This document shows positions 55,201 to 64,000 of a stretch of DNA of 64,000 bases, piece after piece. This stretch comes from Phoronis australis. Lineage: Eukaryota > Animalia > Phoronida. The stretch covers positions 62,001 to 126,000 of the forward strand of contig NMRA01000354.1 of the NCBI GenBank assembly GCA_002633005.1. Reading direction: 5' to 3'. Below the pieces are notes generated by a model. It was given only the letters and a program-made list of their open reading frames with translations, did not search any database and was not told the DNA's origin. The first letter of the stretch is position 1. The number at the start of each line of letters is the position of its first letter. The translations under genes were made by a program, and so were the position numbers.

Positions 55201-58200
55201 AATTCTTGAGTGTCTTGTTGATTTTGCATTTTAATGTCCACAAGGTGCACACAGAAAATATTAAACTTCAAATTGGTATAAACCATGTCAGCAGCTGTGG
55301 ATTATCTCCTTGAAGATATTGATGAACTTGATTCTGTTCATGTTAATGTCGTGTGTATTTAAGAATGCTATCTGGCAGTATGCAAAATAAGGGTACTGTC
55401 TCAAAATTATCTTGCTTTCATAGATGACGCTGCGTATGACGAGAGGCAATGTTGCGTAAATTTCTTTTGATTTTGCATTTTTCAACTCGGACATGATCAG
55501 AATTGGCTTTGCATTTGAAATGAGGCTCTGGAATGAGGCTCAGTAATGACCATTGTATTGTCGCCTATTATTGTAATGTCTTATTTTTCCAGTTAACTGT
55601 GAACCACCTTGTCGAGTTCTTCAAGCCTCCTGACAAGGTGTATCTTAAACAGTACGTACAGTGCGATACAAACATGATCAGACTAAATACCGTATCCCCA
55701 CCGTGATGGCTAATTCAGTCCGTTAACAGCAAAAGTTATTCATAAAATTTAAATTATAAAGTGGCTCGGTCATGAGGTAAGACTACTGTGACGATGAATT
55801 CAACTTCCGCCCAGCTGTCATGACGGGGAATTCTGGGTCGTTTTGTTGACTTGTACAGTAGTTTAGCTGCAGCGCAGAACCAACTTTTTATTATAATTTT
55901 CAAATGCATCACGTACAGTTAGAATCTTTAAAAAACTTCTAAAAAAGATTTCACGTCATGGTTTTTGTCTACTCCTTGCACGTAAGGTTGAAGTTGTGTG
56001 AGATGCCACAACTACAATTTTGGTTTTCCTTAAAGTTCCTCTTTTAAGACAGTTCCTTCTCAGTTCCCATTGTGCAAAACTTACATCGCGTGAAAATGAA
56101 TCACTCTTCGGTTTTTTTCAACCTTAAGTCAACAACACCGAGTTAAGTGCATCATTTCTCTAAGTTGCTGATTGGATAACTTTGAATTGTTGAATTGGAC
56201 TGTGGTTGACTTTTGCTTGGTTATTTTCCTGCTAGACTAACGGCGGCTGCCTTGAACACGTACGAGGAGTTCAAGAAACAGTCGGCCAGTAGTTTGAAGT
56301 TGATGCTTGAACAGCGCAAGTATACGGAGCTCAACATCGATCTGAAGCCATCATATCTGATTTTACCAGAGAATGGACGCTACGAAAGGTATGAAACACG
56401 TTTGATAAATGTTTAATAAAGCAATGCTTTTAACAGTGCATTGTAACTTAACACTGATGTAAAACCTTACTGTATGATCCTGTGAGAAAACGGATGCTGT
56501 AAAGAATAGGGAATATGGTGATAATGCATTGAGGTTCTAATGATATGGAAGTTTAGGTATTGTTAGACTTTTATATCATTTAACCATCATGTTTACAACA
56601 CCTTCCAACATTCTTATGAGTAAAGTATAGTTTATTGGTATTCCGTAGTGTGTTAGGCTGTCCATCAGAGGTTGTTTTCTGCCTCTTCACTGTCATTCCT
56701 ATGAGACTGGTATGTCGGTGGGTCAAAAACATTCAAAAAAGTGATTTTTTGTGAGATTGGAAATAGAATGTTTTGATAAACACGTGGTTTTGATTGGTCT
56801 GATGAGGATAAACAAACTCAAGTAAAACTTGTGTAGTTTAGGACGCCCTCTAAAATTTTGGACCCTGAAATTCAAGCCGAAGTGGAATTATTTGAGTCTG
56901 AAGATTGGGGTAATTTTGACGTTTATAATATTTCTTAAATAATGGACAATGCATTTTGCATCAACAAAGCCGGAAATAGAATCGTCGAAAATAGCTGCCA
57001 ACACAACAGAATTTGAAATCATGGATAATTTTCTGTCTTTTTCATAATTTTTAATATAGATGTCCGATACTGCCCATTTTAAAATTTGGTCAAGTTTCGA
57101 CCTTAAGTAACATAATTAATTTCCATTGTCCGAAACTGAAGAATTTTTACTGTAACATAATAGGAGACCTTCATTACCCAGGATCAAATTTCTTAAATAA
57201 CTTAAAATTTATAGTATTTATAGTAGACCCATAAAACTATGTAATCCTTGACGATCACAAAATCTTATTATGTACACAAAAGTAATGCCCAGTTGGTTGT
57301 TATCCCACTTTTGCATTTTTTCTAAAAAACATGATTTTCACAGAGATCGAGTTTTCCACAAACACAATTTTTTCTCATGGAACTTGAAAATTCTTTAAAT
57401 TACAAAATTACATTGTATCTGAGATTTTCTTTGAAGGTATTTTAGTCTACGAGCTTGGCTGAAAAATCAAGACTAGGCTAGCGTTTTTTAAAGAATTTTT
57501 GAAGTCCTCATTTCTCAGAGTAAAAGGACATCAAAGGAAATCACAGACACTCTTCTGTAATTAATAGAATAAAGAAACTGAATTTGCAAATTTCGTGCGA
57601 AAAATTCATCCGTAAGTTAAGCAATATCTGAGAAAAATCAGGATTTTGAAAGTTATGCTGCCACACAATAACAAACAACAGGGGGCATTATTGTGTGCGC
57701 GTTAATATATTCTGTGATTATCAAGGATTTACGAATACATCATTTTATGGGTTTACTGTAAATACTTAAAAAGATATTCAGGAAATTTGATCCTTGTAAT
57801 GAAGGTATCCTATTACTTAGCTGATTTCGATTTAAACTTTGTTGTCACCCGAGCGTTTTAATGCCATAAGTAGCCTCAATTTCATGTTGTGACATTGAAC
57901 AGAACCAAGCTACAGTACAATACAAAAGTAGTCGGACAAAATTCCGTTTCCCTTTCGTGACAGCTAATTCAGTTGTAATATCTTTTGAGGTAAAAAAATC
58001 TAATTGCTTCGGCACCAAATTCTAATTGCTTCCCCTTTATTCTCGGTCATAAGGGAAAACCATTCTGACAATGAACTTGACTTTTGCCGAGCTGTCATGA
58101 CATGGAGTCTGAAGCTCTGGGTCATTTTGTCTGATTACTTTTGACTTGTGCTGTAGTTTTGAACAGAGATTTCGGCTCTTGTGTGTGTTCAACTTTTGTG

Positions 58201-61200
58201 CGTCCACTGGGTGAACTGACTACTTTGTTTCCAGCGGCTGCACTATGTTGGTTCTCGACTTGGGTATCCTTCAAATGAAAAGTGTGAAAGATGGTGAAAA
58301 ACTAGAGCAGACGCAGGTAACTATTAACTGAACACCACGTTCATGATGAGACTGTGCGCCTCAGTGGTTTGAGCTCCGCACTCCCATTTGGGAGACCTAT
58401 GTTCAAATCTTGGATTTACAGGCAGGCAATCGAGCATTGCACAAGTCTCCTACTCCTCTGAGCTCGGTCTTGCTAGGTAATGTATGCAAGGGAATGAATG
58501 AGATCCTGGATACAATGCGAAAGCGATTTCTGGGGCTTTGCTCATGATTAATTTAACAATACGTTGAGTGTTCTTCCAGTCTTATGAATGGACATACTGT
58601 AGATTGATGAAGATGCCTGTCTCCTACAGGCGAGTTCAAAAATAAACACTGGCTGGAATGTTTTGGTGGAAATCCTCTTATCAAATTTTTGGTGAACGCA
58701 AAACTTCACTTTGTCTTGATAGCTTTCAATGAATAAAGTCTCCCGGGAATGCGACAGTCTGGTGTCCCGTAAGTTGTTGGACGAGATGATGTACCAACCT
58801 CATGTGAACAGAATGCATTTTATGAATATGGGTGTCATACCACGAATAAGATACTGAGATCCGTCTTTTCTTATAACGACTGAGGTAGTAGAGCCGTAAA
58901 ATGTTGAATCTGATTACGTCATCAACAGCTTGCTGATATGGTGGTGTTGCAAGGGGTGAATGTCCTTCAAGAGACTGGCTCGTTCCTTGTTGTGGAGTCC
59001 AAGGGTCACCAAGTGGTACAGTGTATATTGTGGCTGTCCTGTGCACTCCACGCGTGCTTGTGGGGGCCTTGCTGGCTTCAATCTCTGATTGGCCAATGCG
59101 GCTTGCTCTTGTACATAAACTATCAGTTTTTTACCATCTCGAGCTGGGACAGAATATAGTGGCGACATGCTCACTCTTACACTGTCAAGATGTGGTATGA
59201 TATTAAATAGTTTACAAGTATTTAATGAATCAAGATGAGAAGCTTGCTTTGCCCATGCGTTGGCCACAAAATTCAATTCCAACAGTTTTTGAGCCACCAT
59301 CAAAGGTAACTAGCTACTTTGATCGTCAAGGATCAAACTTCCTATTTTTTTCAACCCTTGAAACCAGATGTGTTTTAATAACTTGATGATTGCAGATAAT
59401 GTACTATGAGCACAGATGGTTATAGTCACGTAACCATGTGCTTTTCTAAAAAAATCTTTACTACCACTGTGACTGTTGCAACTTCCAAAAATGTTTCTTT
59501 TTTAGAAAATTTGCAACTTCTGTTCCTATATTCTGTTTTCTCCAAAAGTGGCTGGGATCTTCTGTTCACGCCTATTTTCCAGAGCTTTCATCTGCTGGAA
59601 ATCAAGACTTTGTGACTTTTCATGTGGAAGTGGAACTCAGTTTATGTGCTGTGAACCCTGTCTATGCACAAACTACACAACCCTACACAAAATGCCTTCA
59701 CATTTTACATGTTACTGAATGGGCTGTAGCTTTGTCCACACCTGTCACAGCTTTGTCTGATACAGCATTTGATACCAATGCCTAATTTTCCTCTTTTCAA
59801 AAGATTTCCTCTTTTTTGACTTTGATTTCCTCTTATTTGTTTTCTAGTTTCCTCTTTTTCTGTCTTTTATCATTATTTTGACTTATTCATGCACAGACCT
59901 TACAGCACAAAAAATATTCCTAACACCCAACAATACATCACCTGGAAAATATTTCTCTTTTTTGTCATTGGTCATTCCAATCCCTGCATTAACTTCAAAG
60001 CATTATTCATTTTACATGTACACATTCAATATAACTGAGACGACGCTCCATTTGTATTCAACAAACCTTCAAGGAAAATTTGCTGTCGAGATTTCAACGC
60101 AAACCCTCAGTGTCCATTTTTGCTGCATAACAAGGAACTGTACCTGAGCCTACTTTTTACAAAATGTGCCACTGAGGAATTACCCACTCTGTCGAAGGTT
60201 TATCACTTACATTTATTCAACCTTTCTCTTGAAGTTCCCTCCATCACTGACACTTTTTAAATTGTTGTAATCCCGCCTTGCATCAAAAAAGACTTCCTTT
60301 TGATTCAAACCACTTACCACTCTAAACCTTATCTCTTGATTCCTTATGCTGAGCCGCAGTGATTCATGTCCTTGAACACGATCATAAAATGACCCGCCGT
60401 GTCTAGCCAACTTATTTTTCCTGGTCTCAAGTAATAACGAGTTGTGAGTTTTTCCCAAGCCTAGAACTCATCCCTAGCTAAGCTCAGTAAGGAACATGTT
60501 AAGACCAGTTTTATAGTGACGAGTGGTTTAGGTCAAAAGTTGTTTGAGCGAGGATGTCAGCTCCAAAACAGACCAAACCAATATTGGGTTTTTGTGAATG
60601 TTCCTAATAGCCAGTCAGTGAATGAACTAAATGAAATTTGGAGTGGAGTGTTAGAAGTTGGTGCTGTCTTGATGCTTAAGTGGTGGGCATTGCATGGTAG
60701 ATGATTGGTTCTCGTTGTTGTAGCATTCCTCTGTGGATGACGTTATGTCGACGGCATACGACAAGTTCTCCATCAAGTTGCAGAGTATGCAGCTCCTCAT
60801 GGCGACCAAAGGTAAAGACTTAGTTATATTGAATGAGTCACGTGAAGTCACTTATAATAATGAAAGTACATTTGTTACTTGGCGGAATTTTTTTTGTTCG
60901 CTCTCTACAGGTCGCAATTTTCGTCCGATTTTCACGAAATTTGCACACAGCGTGTAGATCGGGAAGCACTGGAACGCTATTGTTTTTGGTCATGATCGGA
61001 TACAAAGTGGCGGACGTGGCGGCCATTTTGTATCCGATTTCATAGTCAAATACTCGTAGAGGCCGCATTTTTCGACGTACATGGCTGAAAATCGGTACGA
61101 TTATACTAGAACGCATGTGCCACAACTGTGCAGAAAATCGTTGACTTCCGGTCAAAGATGGCGGAAATATTGGAAGTGGCGCATGCGCACCCCGAAATAT

Positions 61201-63905
61201 GGTCAAAAACGTTTTCTCCTGTAGAGGGCGCATTTGCAAACCAATCACTTTCAAACTGGTCACGTGTTTGTTGAGTTTAATAAGCTTTTATAAAAAATTA
61301 TTGAACCGGAAGTCACTTTCAAGATGGCGGCTGTGGCGCATGTTCACATGGTTTCAATCGTTCTGGTGTCGCATTTTTAACTGGAAGAGCAAATGAAGTG
61401 AATTTTTGCATGTGGATTCCTTGAAGTATGGCCTTTCAAAAAGACTACGAGAGCGTATTTCGCAGACTTACCGTTTTCGAGTTATTTGACTTTGAATTTC
61501 AAAAAAAATGGCAAATTTTCAATTTTTTTCGAAAATTTTTTTGAGTTTTGCCAAACTACCACTTCAGATAGAGTTTTGAACAGGCTTTCAGAAGATATTT
61601 TCCATTTTGTGCTACGACGTCTACTTTTTGAAGTATTCGAGATTTTCGGATACCGTTGTTCTTTCGGTCACCTATGCAAGCATGCAGCTGGCTGGCTTTC
61701 AGTTCACTTTGTTTTGGCTATGCCTAGTTGACCCCGACTGACCCAGCCAGCACTGTCCTACTGTAAAGCACGGCTCGTCCGGCATGTTGCGCCATCTATT
61801 GTTCTTTATTGTAGTTGATTGTATGCTGTCTATTTGATCTCTTCGCTAGTCACATGAATGTTATCATGTTATTCATAATTGCCGCTTTGATTGTCATGAT
61901 TGTCGTTGTCCTCCCCATCAACGTCTTTTCGATTATTTCCGTCAAATGTCGCTCCTCCGAGCACTCTCGTTTATTAAAGTGGGGTGAGCTTGAATTTAAG
62001 GTAGGTGTATACACTGATCAAATCTCCAGGTTCCTAAGTAAAATGAGTAAAAAGGGGGTTTTAACTAGTTAGACCTGACTCTGAAAGTGACAAAAATCGA
62101 AAAAAAAAGTTTCTTTTGTAGTTCATTTTTTTAAAAAATCGTATTTTTTAATTTTCAAAAAATCCAATTTTACCTCGAATTTTTTTTCAAAATGCACAGG
62201 GATCATCATCAACTGTTTCCTTACGCAATATTCTACTTATCCATACCAAATATATGTACAAAATCATTATGATCTTGATTTTGTGGCATTTTTTGTTTGC
62301 GAGTTGGGGCAAGCACGCCACTTTTTGTCATTTGGTCACTTTCCGTCTAATAACTAAAAATCTGGTCCATTTATCAAAAAACCCTGGCACGCGATTTTAC
62401 TTCAGTCCTAGAGGATTTCAAATTTGCAACTTTCGTAAAAATTGACTCACGTGTTGTGGAAAAATAGGCCCGAGAATCTTGTCACTATCCTGAAATCACG
62501 AGCCGAGAAAAACGGCTTTGAAGTTNNNNNNNNNNNNNNNNNNNNNNNNNNNNNNNNNNNNNNNNNNNNNNNNNNNNNNNNNNNNNNNNNNNNNNNNNNN
62601 NNNNNNNNNNNNNNNNNNNNNNNNNNNNNNNNNNNNNNNNNNNNNNNNNNNNNNNNNNNNNNNNNNNNNNNNNNNNNNNNNNNNNNNNNNNNNNNNNNNN
62701 NNNNNNNNNNNNNNNNNNNNNNNNNNNNNNNNNNNNNNNNNNNNNNNNNNNNNNNNNNNNNNNNNNNNNNNNNNNNNNNNNNNNNNNNNNNNNNNNNNNN
62801 NNNNNNNNNNNNNNNNNNNNNNNNNNNNNNNNNNNNNNNNNNNNNNNNNNNNNNNNNNNNNNNNNNNNNNNNNNNNNNNNNNNNNNNNTGCACAATTTCT
62901 GCACTGACTCCTCAAGCTGAGTGCAGTGATGGCTTCGGTAGGACTTGGCGTACTTTGCAGATACACAAACAGGCTCAGGCTCGGAACAGGAGCTAGTTCA
63001 CCATTTCACTACCAACTTTCACATGGTCAAAATAGAATTATTTTATTCTTGGTCTTGCTACAACACCAATATCAGCTGGTACAGCACTCTCGATTGCCCG
63101 GTTACGCAATGCTTGTTGACAGGGTTAGATTAGAGCTAGTGTCCTTGTATATAAGCTCTGCCCCAGTTGTCAATCACTGAGCTGGTGAGCACTCAAGCCA
63201 TACGACTTACTGAAGCTTGGTCAAATATAGCTAAAAAAACAACTTTGGATTTTCAGAATGATTTTATTTTTCTTCAGTATACTGTGCATCAAGAATTAAA
63301 GATTAGGATGACATAAAAATGTAAAAAACAGTCAAAAATTTTTTTTTTGTGTATCCACCTACCTTAAACAACCAGCCCATTGGGCTTGGAAGCCACTGTT
63401 TACACAGTAGTATACAAACACCTCTTATGTTTAAAAAAATGCTTCTTGAACAAAAACAGAAAGTTCCCTGAACAAATTAATCATTTAGAAACTAAGCTTA
63501 TTTATATTAAAAAATTCAAATTATTAAAAGGAATGCAAGTTGCTAGCCTCATTTTATAGTTTTCTATGTAAGTTGTGATATAGAGTACAGTGACACACAA
63601 AATGAAGTTCGTCTTTCACAGCACTGAGACCACATAAGCGACATAATGTATTTTCTGATTCAATATTAGTGTACCTTCCAATCTCTATCTCTTTTGTGAA
63701 CTTTACATTCTGTTTTGACAGTTGTCTTATGAGTTGAGTAAATGTTTCTATTTATTTCATGTGAGAGTTTTGCACACTTTAATGTTCCAGGCCAGGACTG
63801 GAAGTCCGTGCGCAAGTCTACCAACTCTAAGATGCACGTGCTCCGTCCATTTGGTCTAAGTCTAGACTTCCACAAGGCTATGATCAATGATCCAGCGCTA
63901 CCTGA
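13808..63905 (+). CDS. VPS13C: Vacuolar protein sorting 13 A/C-type intermembrane lipid transfer protein, N-terminal part (chorein-N and first RBG region); gene continues past window end
   Basis: N-terminus [48 protein letters not shown] is the chorein-N motif. Later exons give [38 protein letters not shown] and FEQNPLD. All traced introns are GT-AG with consistent phases. Probably the single invertebrate co-orthologue of vertebrate VPS13A and VPS13C. Confidence 0.95.
14170..14348 (-). mobile_element. Older related tRNA-bearing LTR in opposite orientation
   Basis: The minus strand begins TGTTGTGA after a purine tract ending GGAA, and aligns with the young LTR over the GCCTCT...GCAATTGCC...CTGAAT core. 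A and B boxes are degenerate. Confidence 0.65.
14516..14587 (+). promoter_or_regulatory. tRNA-like Pol III internal promoter in 5' LTR
   Basis: A box TAGCTGAATGG (14522-14532), B box GGTTCGATTCC (14565-14575), tRNA-sized, imperfect cloverleaf. Confidence 0.8.
14740..15542. mobile_element. Tc1/mariner-pogo-type MITE nested in the TRIM
   Basis: TA on both flanks. Imperfect TIRs share ACCTAATTATCGGAC / GTCCGATAATTAGGT, with subterminal copies at ~14941 and ~15501. Confidence 0.7.
15649..15720 (+). promoter_or_regulatory. tRNA-like Pol III internal promoter in 3' LTR
   Basis: Identical copy; A box from 15655, B box 15698-15708. Confidence 0.8.
15764..15917 (-). mobile_element. Degenerate PBS and second LTR remnant of the older element
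   Basis: TGGGATGTCGGCA (PBS-like) on the minus strand at 15764-15776. 15812-15915 resembles 14213-14326 (GCAAyTGCTGCwTGGCAAGyGATT..AGAGGCTTTATA). Confidence 0.5.
17899..17942 (+). repeat. (AAT)n microsatellite
   Basis: Direct reading. Confidence 0.95.
18663..18867 (+). repeat. Minisatellite, 41-bp unit x5
   Basis: TTTCAAATAAAGTACGCTGGGTGGATAGTTTCCATGGAATA, head-to-tail with no spacers. Confidence 0.95.
19316..19359 (+). CDS. VPS13C: VPS13 exon 2
   Basis: Polypyrimidine tract, cag|(G)[14 protein letters not shown]|gtaagt, 44 nt. Confidence 0.93.
20628..21163. repeat. Large palindrome with 262-bp arms and 12-nt spacer
   Basis: 20628-20889 is the reverse complement of 20902-21163. The ORF track shows the identical 66-aa peptide on both strands. 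Confidence 0.95.
20902..21520 (+). repeat. Interspersed repeat with internal tandem units (TGACCTTGAC...TTTTCAAGGTCA), Helentron/HINE-like
   Basis: Three diverged units at ~21049, ~21198 and ~21353. Confidence 0.5.
21797..21811 (+). CDS. VPS13C: VPS13 exon 3, 5' fragment truncated by contig join at n21812
   Basis: ttttcactttatag|GAT GAC CTG AAT CTG = DDLNL, continuing the chorein motif (ALxxLxLP) in phase 0. Sequence after the n is unrelated. Confidence 0.75.
21859..22016 (+). mobile_element. Two tandem ~80-bp mini-MITE copies
   Basis: CATsGGCGGCG...GCACTGAAAT.AGTGGG...CAGCTC.CTATGGTG...CC.TG, twice. Confidence 0.6.
22934..23380 (-). mobile_element. CR1/L2-group LINE 3' end (ORF2 tail, 3'UTR, (TAAA)n tail)
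   Basis: [27 protein letters not shown] ends at 23270. The 3'UTR recurs at ~28190-28372. Confidence 0.7.
24067..24857. mobile_element. hAT-like MITE spanning an assembly gap
   Basis: CATAGGCGGATTTAGG / CCTAGATCCGCCACTG imperfect TIRs with G- and C-runs. The interior is N 24113-24725. Confidence 0.5.
24113..24725. other. Assembly gap
   Basis: N run. Confidence 1.
28190..28372 (-). mobile_element. Second, 5'-truncated copy of the same LINE 3'UTR
   Basis: Shares CCTCTTCAGTG..AGCACTGCTTT.CAAGAG and AAAACAGGTTGAGAATT with 22940-23140. Confidence 0.65.
32221..32526 (+). repeat. ~152-bp duplication around n32374 (probable assembly overlap)
   Basis: 32221-32373 and 32375-32526 differ by a few SNPs. 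Confidence 0.88.
32967..33590 (+). repeat. ~310-bp duplication around n33281 (probable assembly overlap)
   Basis: 32967-33280 and 33282-33590 differ by SNPs and small indels. Confidence 0.88.
35776..35877 (+). CDS. VPS13C: VPS13 exon ([26 protein letters not shown])
   Basis: ttttcttgcag|...|gtgagt, 102 nt, phase 1-1, matches the VPS13 YDxEKEE..KQxELxxIE helix. Confidence 0.93.
36733..36747 (+). CDS. VPS13C: Candidate 15-nt alternative microexon of VPS13 (adds RLSEA)
   Basis: atctcttggtctatgacag|GGTTGTCTGAAGCAG|gtaagc; phase 1-1, no stop. Confidence 0.5.
37926..38239. repeat. Composite inverted duplication
   Basis: 38074-38127 is inverted at 38137-38189 and 37926-37978 is inverted at 38187-38239. 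Confidence 0.9.
38283..38378 (+). repeat. 48-bp tandem duplication
   Basis: AGC(G/A)TTCAGGATTTC(A/G)TGTTTATTGGTAAGGGTTCAGTGACTCCAGTT x2. Confidence 0.9.
40215..40277 (+). repeat. (TG)n microsatellite
   Basis: Direct reading. Confidence 0.95.
40469..41285. other. Assembly gap
   Basis: N run. Confidence 1.
42204..42373 (+). CDS. VPS13C: VPS13 exon ([33 protein letters not shown]...LHFQ)
   Basis: ttttctgcag|...|gtaaac, 170 nt. Confidence 0.96.
42500..42727 (-). pseudogene. Decayed THAP zinc-finger ORF, probably transposon-derived
   Basis: [14 protein letters not shown] start. A shifted frame gives [15 protein letters not shown] (FP...R...W with W->stop). Later VYRRHY resembles VCxxHF. Confidence 0.55.
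43846..44041 (+). CDS. VPS13C: VPS13 exon (TTDENWNP...[10 protein letters not shown]...HQF)
   Basis: tttag|...|gtgagt, 196 nt. Confidence 0.94.
44778..44908 (+). CDS. VPS13C: VPS13 exon ([17 protein letters not shown]...LSKTQ)
   Basis: tttgcag|...|gtacac, 131 nt. Confidence 0.93.
46555..46664 (+). CDS. VPS13C: VPS13 exon ([14 protein letters not shown]...YRKYQP...)
   Basis: ttttcag|...TG|gtaatg, 110 nt. Confidence 0.93.
47801..47972 (+). CDS. VPS13C: VPS13 exon ([22 protein letters not shown]...KVIE)
   Basis: ctag|...|gtcagt, 172 nt. Confidence 0.94.
48625..48687 (+). CDS. VPS13C: VPS13 exon ([21 protein letters not shown])
   Basis: tttcag|...|gtgagc, 63 nt. Confidence 0.94.
50148..50250 (+). 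CDS. VPS13C: VPS13 exon ([23 protein letters not shown]...)
   Basis: ttctag|...G|gtaaga, 103 nt, aromatic/Gly motif typical of this VPS13 loop. Confidence 0.9.
50739..50907 (+). CDS. VPS13C: VPS13 exon ([23 protein letters not shown]...KDTAK)
   Basis: tgcag|...AG|gtatt just before the N gap, 169 nt. Phase joins the next exon. Confidence 0.92.
50913..51633. other. Assembly gap
   Basis: N run. Confidence 1.
51964..52125 (+). mobile_element. tRNA-derived SINE
   Basis: A box TGGCCTAGTG and B box GGTTCAAGTCC, followed by a CCCTTGAG..AGG SINE-body-like segment. Does not form a full cloverleaf. Confidence 0.65.
52290..52367 (+). CDS. VPS13C: VPS13 exon ([25 protein letters not shown])
   Basis: tttcag|...|gtgagt, 78 nt, conserved QRPxAxA. 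Confidence 0.92.
54536..54737 (+). CDS. VPS13C: VPS13 exon (VEVKMESL...FEQNPLD...PLELVYDA)
   Basis: tttcag|...|gtaagt, 202 nt. Confidence 0.95.
55593..55651 (+). CDS. VPS13C: VPS13 exon ([19 protein letters not shown])
   Basis: tttttccag|...CA|gtacgt, 59 nt. Confidence 0.9.
56236..56388 (+). CDS. VPS13C: VPS13 exon ([13 protein letters not shown]...[14 protein letters not shown])
   Basis: gctag|...|gtatga, 153 nt. Confidence 0.93.
57161..57815. mobile_element. Old foldback/MITE with ~130-bp diverged inverted repeats
   Basis: 57161-57290 is the degenerate reverse complement of 57682-57815 (CCTTCATTAC..GGATCAAATTTC, ACCCATAAAA, AATCCTTGA, TAATGCCC). Confidence 0.6.
58235..58316 (+). CDS. VPS13C: VPS13 exon ([16 protein letters not shown]...TQ)
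   Basis: tttccag|...|gtaact, 82 nt, LxLDLG motif. Confidence 0.92.
58350..58430 (+). mobile_element. Degenerate tRNA-derived SINE head
   Basis: GCCTCAGTGG and TGTTCAAATC at tRNA-like spacing. Confidence 0.4.
59780..59986. mobile_element. Second copy of the 8282-8527 MITE family, inverted
   Basis: TTTCCTCTT repeats and terminal CATTGGTCATTCCAATCCCTG. Confidence 0.6.
60724..60811 (+). CDS. VPS13C: VPS13 exon ([25 protein letters not shown])
   Basis: tgtag|...G|gtaaag, 88 nt, AYDxFxIxL motif. Confidence 0.92.
62526..62888. other. Assembly gap
   Basis: N run. Confidence 1.
63791..63905 (+). CDS. VPS13C: VPS13 exon (QDWKSVRK...HVLRPF...NDPALP)
   Basis: ttccag|...GA|gtaagt, 115 nt. Confidence 0.92.
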
Positions 63906-64000
63906 GTAAGTGAGAACTGTGTCAGTAATGTAGTCCTTACTGCTGGTTTTCGAACTTTATTCCCTGGTTTGTCCTCACAGAACGTGAACTCACTTATTGA

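Noticed and set aside
23963-62996. Long ORFs composed of X residues
   Set aside because: They span N gaps and carry no information, apart from the real VPS13 exon at 50739-50907.
63981-64000. Acceptor-like CTCACAG 75 nt after the last traced exon
   Set aside because: Splicing here gives E-T-stop, and the window ends before it can be evaluated.

Overview
This is AT-rich (GC visually well under 50%) animal genomic DNA from a gapped draft assembly, probably a marine invertebrate bilaterian (inferred from repeat types and gene structure). It has four N gaps and six single-'n' joins. Two intron-rich genes lie head-to-head. FBXO28 is complete on the minus strand (4 coding exons, 6809->2667, 367 aa). 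The 5' part of a VPS13A/C-type lipid-transfer gene is on the plus strand (ATG 13808, 18 exons traced to 63905 and continuing beyond the window; exon 3 is cut by an assembly join and the next exon is missing). The best find is in VPS13 intron 1: an intact miniature LTR retrotransposon (TRIM, 14450-15738) whose ~155-bp LTRs each carry a tRNA-like Pol III promoter. It has a tRNA-Ser primer-binding site, a polypurine tract and a 4-bp TSD, which matches the Helenus type. It appears to sit inside an older, oppositely oriented relative and itself contains a TA-flanked MITE. Other observations: a candidate 15-nt frame-preserving microexon in VPS13, a 262-bp-arm palindrome, a template-switch inverted duplication, a Tc2-like DNA element, a decayed THAP ORF, LINE/SINE/MITE fragments, and several haplotype-type duplications at contig joins. 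Most ORFs in the supplied track are spurious.
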